Part shown: positions 1 through 13,902 of the stretch, piece after piece
Numbering within the stretch: position 1 is the first letter of the stretch
Layout: each line of letters starts with the position of its first letter
NCBI RefSeq assembly: GCF_009914755.1
Contig: NC_060933.1
DNA length: 64,000 bases
Strand: one strand, 5' to 3'
DNA from: the human T2T-CHM13v2.0 reference genome, Homo sapiens
Program-made: the position numbers and the translations under genes
The notes under the pieces: model-generated
Seen by the model: the letters and a program-made list of their open reading frames with translations, nothing else
Told to the model about the DNA's origin: nothing
The model's database searches: none

Positions 1-115
1 TTAACTTGATTACATCTGTAAATACCCTATCTCCAAATAAGGTCATATTCTGAGTTACTTGGGGTTAGGATTTCAACATATGACTTTGTCAGGGGACACA
101 ATTCAACCCATAACA
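1..115 (-). mobile_element. MLT1 (MaLR) LTR, terminal part, cut by window edge
   Basis: Ends ...ggggacacaattcaacccataaca, the reverse complement of the MLT1 5' terminus; internal 'ccaaataaggtcatattctgag' and 'ggttaggatttcaacatatga' are typical of MLT1. Confidence 0.8.
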
Positions 116-301
116 GTTAGTAAACTTAGTCAACCATTCCTTCATTTGCTCATACATTCATTCATTCTTCCATTCAACCCATAACAGTTAGTCAGCTTAT
201 TTATCCATCCCTTCATGTGTTCATATGTTCATTCATTATGCCATCCAATCCATAACAGTCAACTTATTGATCCATTCCTTCATTTATTCATTCATTCTTC
301 C
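101..301. repeat. Diverged tandem triplication, 71-bp period
   Basis: 'attcaacccataacagttag' at 101 and 172 and 'atccaatccataacagtc' at 243, each followed by ccattccttcat...ttcattcatt-like sequence. Confidence 0.85.
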
Positions 302-314
302 AACCATATCTGAG

Positions 315-739
315 TGTTGGGAGCCAAAAGCCTGAGGGTTGTGACCAACTCAGCATTCCACTGGAGGCTAAATGATCAAACAGCAAACTGCTGATCATGA
401 GTGCAGGATGTGGGCAAACTCACATCTGCACCTGCCGCCAGAAGGTATGCTGAGGGCAATCACTCCCTGCCGCCGTGCTCCTTGAGATTATCTACTGGAA
501 CATCTGGAGTCTACTGTTCTAAGAAGGCAGTCATGCAGGCCTGCACTAAATCAAGCAGCTGACCAACAACCACCCCCTACTCCCTATCTCCTTTACTCAA
601 TAAATAAGAAGGGCTCTAGAAACTCAGGGCCCTTGTTCGCTAGAAGCAAGGAGCCACCTGACCCCTTTTTCCAAGTATATGCTTTTGTCTTTATTCCTAC
701 ATTCGTCCTCCTTTGTTCAGTCCACCAGGGTCCATGGCA
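315..739 (+). mobile_element. LTR3 solo LTR (HERV-K HML-6/HERVK3 group)
   Basis: TG...CA termini; 'gtgaccaactcagcattccactggaggct..atgatcaaacagcaaactg' matches recalled LTR3 consensus; AATAAA at 599-604; flanks tctgag/aatgag share tgag; splits an L2 3' end. Confidence 0.8.
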
Positions 740-1110
740 AATGAGTACCTACATTCCAGGCATTGTGTTGGGAACTAGAGACACAAAGCAGAACAAGCAG
801 ATGTATCCATGGAAGATGTTATATCTGGTGGAGGCATCATGCACACAGACAGCTCACTCAGTGCAAGGCAAGCTTAAAGTGAGGGCCGGGCACTCAGCTC
901 CCGCAGAGCATTCTGGGCAGGTTTCTAAGTCTTCCATGAGGCAATGGTGTTGGGGCCAAGAGGTGAAAGACTTGGGTAGAGCTGAGTGGGTGGCAGGTAA
1001 GAAGAGAGGAATGCCTGGGAAAGGAGGAATGTCTGCAAAGGAAATTGCAAGGGAAGATAGAAGGGAGTGTGGAAGGAAAGGGCACCATTTTGGAACTTAA
1101 ACAATGTGGA
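740..1110 (-). mobile_element. L2 relic, continuing after the LTR3
   Basis: 'tgagtacctacattccaggcattgtgttgggaactagagacacaaag' resumes the L2 3'-end pattern begun at ~285-314. Confidence 0.6.
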
Positions 1111-2255
1111 TGGCGTCTAAGATGCGATTTTCCCCCATAACCTCGCTGGATCCTCAAGGCAATAATGTAAGGTATGTAGGGCAGAAATTATAATTTCAAA
1201 ATAAAGATAAGAAAACTGAGGCCCAGAAGAGGATAACTAATTTGCTCACACGATACAGCGTTCAAGTGCAAAACCAGAGCTAGAGCTGTGGTCTCCCTCG
1301 CTTTGCAGACACAAGGGAGAAGAGCAGCAATAGGTGTCCTGGGGAAAATTAATCTCTTTGGGTTTTGCAAATGACCTTGACCCATCTATTTGGATTTTGT
1401 GAATGACCTTGGTAAGTCTCTTACACTCTTTCTCTCATGAGGTACTTCTGATATCATTTTGTTATTACTTGGGCCAAAGTATGCTGCTTTTCTGCAGGGA
1501 GCAGCATGGCTTCATTTCAAACACTGTTCTTCGTAACAGCTCTTTAACATTTGGCTACTAGAGAAAATGTCCCCGTATTTTGTGAATGCTTTAGAAACTT
1601 TCCAGTTCCTTCACAGTTTCCTCCGTCAGCTGAGTGTAACAGTTTGGAAAACAGTGATGCATCATTACAGCGAAATCAAACACCAATTTTAGCCCTTTCC
1701 AGCAGTGGTTTTCTTTAGAACACATTCATCATTAAAACAAAGGGGATGTGGGTTTGTAGGGAAAGTGACATTCGAGCTGTCAAGACAATCGAAAATGTTT
1801 AGGAAAACATGTCTCTTTTTTAGGTAATACTTGCTTTTTGGGCAAGTGCAATTTCAAAAAAAATTCTTTCCTGTAAATGAACATTGTTAAGATAACATAG
1901 GAAAGAGCCTGGAAATCCTTGATTGTCTCAAGTATAATCATTGTTTTGACTAATAAGTCAACTTTGCAATAACAAAAAGGCAAGTAACCAAATTTAACTA
2001 TGTGGTTTGCATTTGTTTGTATTTTTAAAGTGTAAATCCTGAGTTTTGTTAAATAAGAGAGCCAGGAATAGTCATAGAGATTTTTTTAATGTGGGGGAAA
2101 CTGGTTTTTCAACATTGGTAAAGGTTCTAATTGGTATATGACTCTTTTTAACAATAATAATGATGGTCACATACTATATTTGAATAAACTCTGAGACTTT
2201 ATAAAGTTCTTCCATCCCTGTTATGCCCCCTGGTTCTCAGAATAGCCCTACAAGT

Positions 2256-3084
<829 letters not shown>

Positions 3085-3879
3085 GAATAACCCTTTGAGG
3101 GAAGCAGCATACAGGTGATCACCCCACTGTATGGATAGGGCATTGGAGCATTAACAAATATTTGCAAGCTTCTACTATGTAAGAAGCCCTGGCCTGGGCA
3201 TTCCAAGCTGAATTGGACACAGTGCTCCTGCTCTTAGGGAACTTACATGAATTTTTAGGCAGGTAGACAGAGCAGGGCCTATGACCCAGGGGCCTGGGCC
3301 GCTCATCTACTGTACTGCTAGATCCAACTCAAATCTGCAGCTCTGTTAAGGGTAACGGTGGAATTTCCTTTTGGAAGAGATGCCTTCTGGTATGGAGGCC
3401 ATGTGGTGCCTGCCAGGCCTCTGTGGTCAACCTGAGGAAACATCCAGAACACTTCAAACCCGGGTCCCCGAGGATGCACAAGCACATCAGGAGATCTTCC
3501 ACCCTTACCTTCCCCCCCGCCCCCGTCCAGCAATACCACGCTGCTTATGATCCCCCAGATATGAAATGCTCTCTGTGTCTCTCCCTTCACATAAGCTCCC
3601 CCTTCTGCTCGGAATGCCCCTCTCTGCCCCACAGTCCATGCAGGCGTCGTGTGTCACCAAAACCTAGCACAGAGGACACCACTCCCTTGCCTGAGTCCCT
3701 TCTATACCTTATATACACATCCACTGTTGAACTTGTCACCCCCTAAATTGTGTCTGTCTCAATACCCTATTGGATCTGGGAGCATCTTGAGAGTGGAGGC
3801 TGTCTTTTGTGACATTCTAGATCCTCAGTGGCTAGTCCAGAATCTGGCACAGGGCAGATATTCAACACATACATGATAT

Positions 3880-4110
3880 CAAGAATTTAGTAAGCACTTA
3901 GAATGTGATGAGTTTGAGGCAGTCTCTAAGTGTGTGATCTCTAAGCCCCATAAAGATCCTTGGGAAAGGCATTCTTTTCCTCATTTTACGTATGAGGAAC
4001 ATGAGATTTAGAGAAATTAAGAGACTTGGCCAATATCAGAGTCAAGAAAAAAAAAAAGCACTAGGATTCAAAGCCAGGCTTATCTGATTTCAACAATCTT
4101 TCCACAAACC
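3880..4110 (-). mobile_element. MIR
   Basis: Core 'cctcattttacgtatgaggaacatgagatttagagaaattaag'. Confidence 0.7.
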
Positions 4111-5039
4111 CACAGTGACTCTGCTGAATTGCCTTCAAGGTAGTTCCTCCTGCAAAGTTTGGTAAAGACTGCAGTGAACTCTGGCTGCTGTACTCTTTCT
4201 CCAGTCACCCTGCTCCACCCTAGACAAGGGGAAGCAAGAAGTTTTGGGTTTAGAAGTCTCCCGATGATTTCTTATCCATGACTCCCTTTTTGTTTGTTTT
4301 ATCATAAGAGCATTTTCCACAGCACTAATCTGGATGACAAGACTGTAAGCACCTTGCCCTTAGTCATCTTGACTTAGAGTCTTTTTTTTAATTCATCTGA
4401 CTGCTTCTGAAAATGGTCAAAGTCCAAATCTTACTGACGCTAATTATTTCTTTAAAATGTGCGGATCTGTCCATTGGCAAAAAGAAGACCAGGAGGCAAA
4501 GTTAAATTACATAGTACATCACTGTCCCCAACACAGTCTTCTCTGCCACTCTGTCAGTGTGAAAATTTACAGCTGATATTATCTCTTTGAAGGGGCTCAA
4601 GTCTTAGAAAATACAAGCAAATTTTAAGTAGAATTTTAATTTTAATGAAAGCTTCAGGGAATGCTGTTTATGTTGCTTATCTTTCATACCTGGTGATTAA
4701 GTTACTTTATGCTTAATGGAAAAGGATATTTCTAATCCCCAGACAGGCTCAACATCTGTCTAGGACTGTGTTTTTGGAAGCTTTAAGCTGCTTGTGATGG
4801 ATGTAATAAAACCAGGACACTACTGAACTGACACCTGAAGGCTATGCATAAGGAAGACCAGGGACATTATGTCTCTGCCCAGTGCTTGTATTGAAATCAA
4901 ATCAACATCTCATGCATTTCATTCTGTCAGCCTTTAAAATCCTGCCTCATGCTCTTTCATGGTATTCCCTGGACAGGGCTGCGGAAATGAAGGTGGGTTG
5001 TGAGGTGGGATCTGGCTTTCACACTCAGTGAAAACTAGC

Positions 5040-5240
5040 AGTTCTTCAGCCCCTGTGACATCTACAGGCCAGGGTTCTGCTAGATGCCCTTTATCACTAT
5101 CTCGTTTAACTCTTACAGTAATTCTGAAGGCAGCAATTACCATCCCCACTTTCCACTCGGAGAAACTAAGGCTCAAAGAGGTGAACTTGCTTATCAGGTG
5201 ACACAGCTCGGAAGCTAGGATTTGATCCTAAGACAGCCTG
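5040..5240 (-). mobile_element. MIR
   Basis: Core 'ccccactttccactcggagaaactaaggctcaaagaggtgaacttgc'. Confidence 0.7.
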
Positions 5241-5267
5241 CTCTTGTTCTATCCCCCATAGTATAAG

Positions 5268-5488
5268 AAGGAGTTGACAAGCTATGGCCCTTGGGTCAAA
5301 CCAATTTGCAATCTGTTCGTGTAAATAAAGTTTTATTGGAACACAGGCATAGCTATTTGTTAATATATCGTCTACAGCCAATGTCACGCAGCAACAGTAG
5401 AACTGAATAGATGTGGCAGAGATAGCCTGGCAGGCAGAGCCTAAGCTAGTTCCTATCAACCTTTTACAGGGAAGTTTGCCCTCTCCAG
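5268..5488 (+). mobile_element. MER58A (hAT-Charlie non-autonomous DNA transposon)
   Basis: 'gtaaataaagttttattggaacacag' and 'ccttttacagggaagtttgcc' hallmark segments; ~220 bp. Confidence 0.8.
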
Positions 5489-7009
5489 GCATAGGGCCTA
5501 TACCATAATAAGGAAATGACCTGAGCACCTATTACCTGGGAGGCCTGGGTTGGGCCAGGGCATGGAATGACGGTTGATGAAGATACAGTCCACAGTTTCA
5601 AGGAGCTTAAAATCTGTAGGCAGGGCCTTCTAATGAAATGGTAAGCCCAGATGTTATCTATCTCAGCAGCCCCCAAGCTGCCCAGTAAAAGAGACAGTGC
5701 TGCCCTGCTCTCACCCTCCATATAGATCACTCAGGCCTTCCTGGGCGTCTCCATGAAGAGCCTCAAGAGCACCCAGCACATCCTCACGCAGCCCACTCCT
5801 ATGTCATGCGGCCCCCTCCATCCTCATTGGACCACTCCTGCCTGCGCTCCTGCAGAGTCGCAGATGCCCCATTTCCCCTGCACACCACGGTGCTGGGGAG
5901 TGCTGCTTGGGAGCACCATGCCACAGCAAGAGGGCTGGCTCTTCCTGCTCCCTAGGCTATCTGGGAATGGAGCCAGATCCCATAGAGAAGGAGAGAGGAC
6001 TAGAGTCAGGAACCTGTGTCACTGTGCTCCTGGGGTCCTGCTTGTGCCAAGTGTGGCCCAGGTCCTCTCACCCAGACCTATCAGCTCTGCCTCTAACCCG
6101 CTCTCCACAGGGGCTCAAAACCAGTGCTAGGGACCCAGGTCAGGAACATATGCCATTTCATCTCGATTTCCTCTGCCTCCTGTTGCTCTTTCTGTGACGG
6201 AAACCTCTCTCCTCACAGAACAGACAGTCACTGGCAGTGGTGGTGGGAGGGGGAGCTGGCCAAGGATTCCACACTAGTGACCACTGGACATAAAACTGGG
6301 TATTTACCCATCATAGCAACATGAAAAAAGTAAACAAAGGTGTGTGTGTGTGCATGTGCATGCATGTGTAATTGTGTGAATGTATCACTCTTCCATGAAA
6401 TCATGCTCACAGGACTACATTAAACCATACGAAATAGCAGATATTGGGCTATTTTGACATACGAAAGTGCCATTTTGGAGTGCATATACTAGTGCTGTGC
6501 TTGTATACAGCTGTTACAAGAACATGTGCACATTTGCCAGCAGACAGGACACCTCCCAAAGTTAGTTCCGCTTTCTTCTGACTTCCCGATACATCTCATG
6601 TTTGCTTATTCTGACACCCATCACATCGTATTCTAATTGCTTAGATAGATGCCTGTCCTTCCTAAAATACTAGAAGTTTCTTTCTTGAATCAGAAACTTT
6701 TGTGCTATTTTAAAATATCTTTGCCTACCTGGTATTTCCCAGCTCAATATATCTTTGTTGAATAAATATGTACTGTTTGTGTGTGTAAAAGAACAAAAAA
6801 ATTGCTATTTTCACATGCTTCAAGCCTAATAATTAGTACTTGATTTTTTTAAAAGGATCCTTACAGAGAAAAATAAAATGTTGGCTACTTTATGTTATCT
6901 TCACAATTTGGGTTTCTTTTTCGTTTACATTTTATTGGCTTATAAAGTCTGGACATCTGGAAATTACTTATCTTATACAAGCAGCAGTTGGCCCCCAAAC
7001 ATTCTCATA

Positions 7010-7116
7010 AAATTTGGCAGTAGCTATCAAAATTTAAAATCACCTATTTCTTGACCCAGCAATTTTATTTCTAAGGGTCCATCCTGAAGAAATATTGGCA
7101 TGTATAGACAAAGACA

Positions 7117-7163
<47 letters not shown>

Positions 7164-7650
7164 AGGGGGTTCCTGGCAATGTTGTTTGAAATGTGAAAAA
7201 GTAGAAATAACTTAAGTCTTCATCATCAGAGGATTAATTATAAAAAGAATGAAAATGCCCCAAACTGGTATAGCACACAGGCCATAGAAACAATGATGTC
7301 CGGATCTGTATCTACTGACATGGAAAGATGTCCTTACTGTACTGATAAGTAAAAATAGCAAGTCATAGCATGTCATATGCATGAATCATACATAGTGTGA
7401 TCCTGTTTTTGTAAAAATTACTACAACATAATAAATTTGTCTCTCTTTACAGGTTTCAGTATCACTAAGAAGGGTTAGAAGGATTGAAAGCAAATTGTTT
7501 ATAGTGGTTGTCGCTGGGAAGTGAGGCTGGGGTTGAGGGATAAGCTGAGGGAAGATTTGCCTTTCAATCTATAGACTTTAGAAATTGTTTGAATTATTTA
7601 CAAGGAAGATGTATACTATTTTTATAATTTTAAAAACAAAGCAATAAAGA
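7010..7650 (+). mobile_element. Old L1M 3' region
   Basis: 'ttgacccagcaattttatttctaagg', 'tactgacatggaaagatgtc' and an AT-rich end. Confidence 0.7.
7114..7161. repeat. (CA)n microsatellite, ~23 units, one interruption
   Basis: Direct reading. Confidence 0.95.
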
Positions 7651-8124
7651 AAAAAAAGCCTTGATACACAGTGGCGATTTGTGCAAACCAGAATAAAACA
7701 GAATACAGAAAAAGGAAAAATTCATTTTGATTCTGGGGTTCTGGGAAGGCTTTCAGAGGAAGCACTTTCTGAGTTGGCCTTTAAAAGATGATCAGAAATA
7801 ACGGAACGATGGTATCCAGCTTGAAGGAATCATGAGCACATGTCAGGCTCGAGGACAGCTACCCACATTAGAGTGTGATTTGTAGTTGATGACAGTCAAG
7901 AGGGTTGAAAATTTTGTTATGAAACTTGATCTCCAGTTAAGATTTTTATTACTTTATTCAGACAAACCTAATTTCTCCCCAGGTAGATGTCTCTTACTTG
8001 GAACTCAGCTGCCTAGGTATTTGAGGGCTGGGGAGCTGTTGCAGACACAATTAAAGGCCCACCCAAGACCCCGTCCCATTTCCTAACATATTACATTCTG
8101 TTTAGGTAGCCATGCTCTTCCTAA

Positions 8125-8280
8125 AAGCCACATGCTTCAGAAGAGGCTGACCCCAGTCCAAGGCCCTGCCAGGGGTATATTCTGACTGGTCTAAGCCAGT
8201 TGTGATGGGCCCATCCCCCTTGACAATACTGGTTTATGTTTAGGGCTTTGACCCAATTCTGGCTAATGCGATGTGATGTT
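8125..8280. mobile_element. Old MaLR LTR fragment (MLT1J/K-like)
   Basis: 'tggtctaagccag...tgacccaattctggctaatgcgatgtga'. Confidence 0.55.
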
Positions 8281-8312
8281 ATGTATATTTTACCATAATA
8301 AAAGTAGAGGGT

Positions 8313-8598
8313 GGCTGCACATGGTGGCTCATGCCTATAATCCCAGTGCTTTTGAGAGGCCGAGGTAAGAGGATTGCTTGAGGCCAGGAGTTCGAGACCG
8401 CCTAGGCAATATAGCAAGATCTTATCTCTATAAAAAAAAAAAATGAAAAAAATTAGCCAGGCAGTGCATACCTGTATTCCTAATTACTTAGAAGGCTGAG
8501 GCCTGAGGATCACTTGAGCCCCAGAGTTCAAGGTTGTAGTGAGCTATGATTGCACCACTGCACTTTAGCCTGCCTGGGTGACAGAGCAAGACACTGTT
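8313..8598 (+). mobile_element. AluJ
   Basis: 'ggattgcttgaggccaggagttcgagacc' and 'gagctatgattgcaccactgcac' (J-type diagnostics). Confidence 0.9.
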
Positions 8599-8868
8599 GA
8601 AAGAAAGAAAAGAAAAGGAAAGAAAAGAAAAGGAAAGAAAAGAAAAGAAGGAGAGAGAGAAAGAAAGGAAGGAAGGAAGGAAGGAAGAAAAAGAAAAAGA
8701 AAGAAAGAAAGAAAGAAAGGAAGGAAAAGAAGAGAGGGAAAGAAGGAAGGGAGGGAGGGAAGGGGAGGGAAGGGAGGGAAGGGAGGGAAGGAAGGGAAGG
8801 AAAGAAAGGAAGAAAGGAAGTGAAGAAAGGAAGGAAGGAAAGAAGAAAGAAAGAAAGAAAGAGAAAAG
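8599..8868 (+). repeat. Complex GAAA/GGAA/GGGA polypurine tract (expanded Alu tail)
   Basis: 270 bp with a single pyrimidine (T at 8821). Confidence 0.95.
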
Positions 8869-9829
8869 CAACTGACAGCACCCAGTGGCGCAAGCATAAA
8901 TTGTGAGTATAATCTCTAAATCTTACATTTAAATTCTTACATTGCTCCATAGGAAATAAATTGCACTTAAAAATCCACTAGAATTAAGTTAAGCCCATAT
9001 AATGAAATAAAATGGGGTCATTGAAAATAAAAGCATGTGATTCCACTTTAGGCCATGAGAGAGTGACAGCAAACTTATACTCTTGCCCTAAATAACTATA
9101 AAAAGTAGGCATTTTTTTTTTTTGAGGCCAGTGTTTTTAAGCACTGGACAACTGGCAGTGCAGCCCTGTGAGCCTTGCAAAAAGGGAAACATGAGGTGGG
9201 CCTCGGTTTACCCAGCCTTCAGCCTGTGGTCACTTTACAGACCACGGACCAGGGTGTGGGGTGTATCAGATTTGCTGAGCTGCTGGAATTCATGGAGCAG
9301 GTTACTGGAGAGGAATCAGTCTGTGGATGGGTTGGGGAGACTCTCCACATCTTTGGCAGAGGGCTGGGCCATGAATGTGCAGAGTGAGACTCTGTGAGGC
9401 CTAACGGAGAGGCTGCTACAGGGTAGAGCATTGACCAGAGAAACCAGAAGTCACAGAGTGATGGGAAATGTCAGAGTGAAGGTGGGGAGATTTCGATGCC
9501 ACTGGAACATGTGTCCCAAGAGGGTAGCAACTGCCATCTGTTGTCATGCCTGATGTACCCCCAGACTCCAAAATGATGCCATTCCCATAGGAGATGTGTA
9601 ATGCTTATTTAAATGGTGTCACCTAAGCTGGGTCTAGGGCAGATGGCATTAAGGACAAGGTAGGGGCTGTCCAAGGAGTTCAGATTGGGGAGGGATCTGG
9701 CTCCAGGGACTGCAGGGCCAAGGCACTTAGGAGTGGGGAGGCATCATTAGAGATAAATTTAAAAATGCATTCATTCATCCATTTCACTTCATTTCTTCTC
9801 TGACCCATCTTGCTACCACAAAGAACATG

Positions 9830-10260
9830 AAATAATAACCAAACACTGGAAATAACCCATGTCATCAATCACAGAATGTAGAAATAAACTGTGGGAATAT
9901 TCACAAGATGTAATTCCACACAACAATGAAAATGAATGAACTTCTGCTAAACCCAACAACACAGATGAATGTCACTAACAAGTGTTGAGTGAGGGAAGCC
10001 AGATACAAAACAGTACATACAGTATGGCAGCATTAATATGTAAAGTTCAAAAACACGCCAAGTAACAGATGAGGTTAGAAACCAGTATGATGGTTACCCG
10101 TGGGGCTAGTGGAGAGGGTATGTGCAAGGCTTCTGGGGTCCTGGTAATGTTCTATTTCTTGTCCTTGATTGGGTTACCCCAGTATGTTCATTCTATGACA
10201 ACACACTGAGCAGTGCTCTTATGAATTATGCACTATGAATAGAAAGTGTCAACAAAAAGG
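9830..10260 (+). mobile_element. Old L1M 3' region
   Basis: 'ccaaacactggaaataacccatgtcatcaa', 'aatgaaaatgaatgaact', 'ggtaatgttctatttctt'. Confidence 0.75.
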
Positions 10261-10871
10261 TAAATGTCCACCTGACATATTTTACAAGATCAGAAGCTAG
10301 GCTAAATGATGGGGATAATGGGGGCTCATTTAATTAATTATACATTTCAGAAAGTCCATTTTTGTATATTTCAATAAAATCATTATTAAATAACTTTAAA
10401 GATGGCAATATAACTTCAGGAGGTTTATCCCTTTCAAATACTTGAGAATATGGATTTTAAAAAGAAACACATACATGCTGTTTAAAAAAAGGATGTGAAG
10501 TGGCTTACACAGATAGGTAGACATAGATAAAATGCCTTAAAATGAACATGGAAATAGGAGGAAAGGAAGAGCAAGGGTAGAATAAAAACAGAAGGTTAAA
10601 GACAAACACAAAGAGGCATAACGCTTCAAGGGCCTGCACAGTTGTTGCGGAGGTCCTGAGAGTGAGGGCACAAATATGGCTGCAGGCTTCCTGGTAGCCA
10701 AAGGAAAGAAGGAAAGAGAATAGTTCAAAGATTCGCTTTGTCCACAGATGTTGTAATATGGAAGACAGTTGCTCAGAAGTCCAGCTTGTCCTGCAAGTGG
10801 GGCCCAAGAGAAATTTCCCCTGTGGGGAGACAGTGAGTAATACAGAGCATGAGGTCCACAAGAATATCCTA

Positions 10872-11012
10872 AGCCAGGTACAGCAGCTCATGCTTGTAAT
10901 CCCAGCATCTTGGGAGTCTGAGAGGGAAGGATCACTTGAGGCCAGGAGTTCAAAACCAGCCTGGGCAACATAGTGAGACCCTCATCTCTAAAAAAAAAAA
11001 AAAAAAAAAAAA
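10872..11012 (+). mobile_element. FLAM (free left Alu monomer)
   Basis: Single left monomer with J/FLAM-type bases and an A23 tail; TSD aatatcctaa on both sides. Confidence 0.85.
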
Positions 11013-11153
11013 GGAAATATCCTAATATTAACACTAACAGTGATGACAATGTTAACAATAATAGCTAACACTTTAATACTGTTTAACTTTGTGCCAAGCA
11101 CGGTTTGAAGTTCTTTGCATGCATTATAGTAAATTTAAAATCAATGTTTTTTA

Positions 11154-11450
<297 letters not shown>

Positions 11451-13199
11451 TTTTTTTTTATAAATTCAATGTTTCTGGTAATGTCTCCCATTGCAGGGTA
11501 GCACAAAAGCAGAGCCAGGAAAGGCAGCTGGAACAATGGTATCAAGGAGCAAAGCTCTCTGATGGTTTGGCTTGATCCAATGATCTAAACCAGATGAGCT
11601 CCATATCTCTCTGGTAAACGATGAAGGACGTCACTAGGCAGCAAATCATCGGGAAGCAAATAGCCCATCTTGCACATTTAGACCTAGTCTATTTTCTTTG
11701 ACAGATAATCAAACCAAAGGTAAGGTTGACATCCTTTTCTAAAGTGAGGTACCTAATAAGCTTCGTACCTGAAGAGATGGCCACCTCATCTCTACAGGAG
11801 TGGGCCAAGGTAGGATCTGTGGGCAAGGCCAAGATTCACCTCTGGAAACTGTTCTATGTCTGCTCTAACACAAGGACAATTGGATAAGACTCTATCCCCT
11901 GAGTTTATACCACCAAATATGGCCATGATCATTTCAGTCTTGTGAAGACCATGAAGACGAGCAGCCTCCCTTGCAGGGAAGGAATTGTTCTCAAAGAGGG
12001 AGGAGCATCCTTACCCACTACAGAGGGCCTAGGACCGCTTTGCCTGGGGAAGGTAAGAAGAGAGAGCGTCTAGCTAATGCACAACAACCTGGAATAATAC
12101 ATCCTCATGCTTTTGAGTTATTTTGACTTCTGCCAACAAGTTTCTAACAATCTTAAAGTTAACTCATAAACTTAATCTTTGTTAACAGATGGATTTATCC
12201 AAGGATGAATTAAGAGAGGTGAATTTTTTAGTCATTCATTCATTCAAATATTTACTGACCAATCAAAGAGGAAGACACCAGTGGAAAACCCTCACTGGTG
12301 GTATGCAAAAGACGTCCGTCAGATCACACATCTGTCCTTCAGGGAATTGAGTCTAATTCACTGGTTTTACTAGCCAGTTCCTTCTTTCCTTGACTCGACA
12401 AACATGAGTTTCATGCCTGTTTTGTGCCAAGAAGTATTCATATCACAAGGCCAGTAGGCAGAGATACAAGTAATGTCCTGAAGGTGCTTAGATTAAGGAG
12501 CAATTAACCCAGTGGAGGCAGGGGGGTGAACAGAGCTTCAAGGAAGAGGGGACAGCAGAGCCCAACTCCCGAGAATCATGAGATTTGTTTTATAAAAAAA
12601 ACTCGCCACAGGATTCCTCTAAGTAACAATTTTTTTTCCTAGTGCCTTTCAATTATGCCTGGACTGATTTACACACCCTTTCAGAAGCACAGCTGTTGTG
12701 TAAATTAAACCTCAGTAATCCCTCCCCAGTGCTGAGTCCCCCTTAGGAGAAATTCTGGCACCTGCTGATTTATTTCTGTGTACTTTCTCAGCACCTTGAG
12801 GATTTCAGCTTTAGTAATCACAAGTTATGAGTCACTCCAATTGGGGATAGTTAGACAAAGAGGGAGCAGGGGATTGAAAATAGAGAATGGAAGCAAAGCA
12901 GATGGTGGAGAAGGGTAGAGAGGCCTGCAAGGAAGCCTTGGGCTAGATAGAGGGAAGTAATCCTAAGCTTTAGATGTTCACAGCCGCCTCCTCAGGTAGA
13001 AGGAAGAAGAGCTGGGAAATGAAAAAAAGAGGCTGATGGTCTGCCCTGAAGAACCCTTCTCTGAGCCCACGGAGGAACCCGGGAAGCCTGACACAGTCAC
13101 AGACTGAAAACTTTTCATCTGTGCTTCAAGGATCATGAGATAACATCTTCAAGGAGCTTAGCACACAACCTGGCGACTGGTCAGCACTTTCTAACTGCC

Positions 13200-13224
13200 A
13201 GCTGCTGCTGCTGCTGCTGTTGTT
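13200..13224. repeat. Short (CTG)6(TTG)n trinucleotide repeat
   Basis: gctgctgctgctgctgctgttgtt. Confidence 0.85.
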
Positions 13225-13900
13225 CCTCAACTTCAACTCCTCAGTCCAGGGGAAATTTCAGGACAAACCCGTTAGGTTGAACCAGCCAAGGAGGGACAAC
13301 TCTATCTCTACCCAGAACCATATACTGATAATCCCTAGGAAACTTCTTTAGACCATAAGAATGTCGCCCTTGTCTGTTTACATTTTATTGATACTCTTTT
13401 TAAAAGATTTAATATAAGTATGTTGTTGTCCCATGATTTCCCTTTCTGTGTGTGCATCTATACTTATCATCTGTGGCCCTGGTGCCAAGTCATCACCTCA
13501 GGTGTCAATGTTGAATTTTTAATGTTGCATTTCTCATTAGAGTCTCTGAAGGAATTCTTGGGGTCCGGGAATGCTCAAGTTTGTGAATTGCTACATTAGA
13601 CTGATAACTACCTTGAGAGCAAGCTGACCTTGGGCCAGAGGAGACATAAAACACCCAGTGACACTCTAGTGCCCCTAGAATTAGTAGAAAGATCGCATTT
13701 GCTAACCACAAGTGTGAGACTCACAAAGGGTAAAATGGATTTTTTTCTCACTTGGAAGAAATGACTCCAATTCTGGAAATCCTATAGCAGCCCCTGCTGT
13801 CACCATGATAATGAGAGAGTATGTTAGAGCCCCAAGCAGGCCCCGTAACCTAGTCATGTCCAAAAAGCTTTTATTTTAGCGCAAAGGGTCAATATCTATT

Positions 13901-13902
<2 letters not shown>

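Noticed and set aside
633-1100. 155-aa ORF
   Set aside because: Non-ATG start; spans the LTR3 end and L2 relic; no domain.
6340-6370. Three TGCATG (RBFOX) hexamers
   Set aside because: Part of a degenerate TG microsatellite, with no supported exon nearby.
8488-8950. Overlapping Phe/Leu/Ser-rich and Lys/Arg/Glu-rich ORFs
   Set aside because: Translations of the polypurine microsatellite and AluJ; low complexity explains the lack of stops.
13200-13224. CTG repeat as an expansion-type locus
   Set aside because: Only six pure units, adjacent to a MIR-like tail and not in a supported exon.
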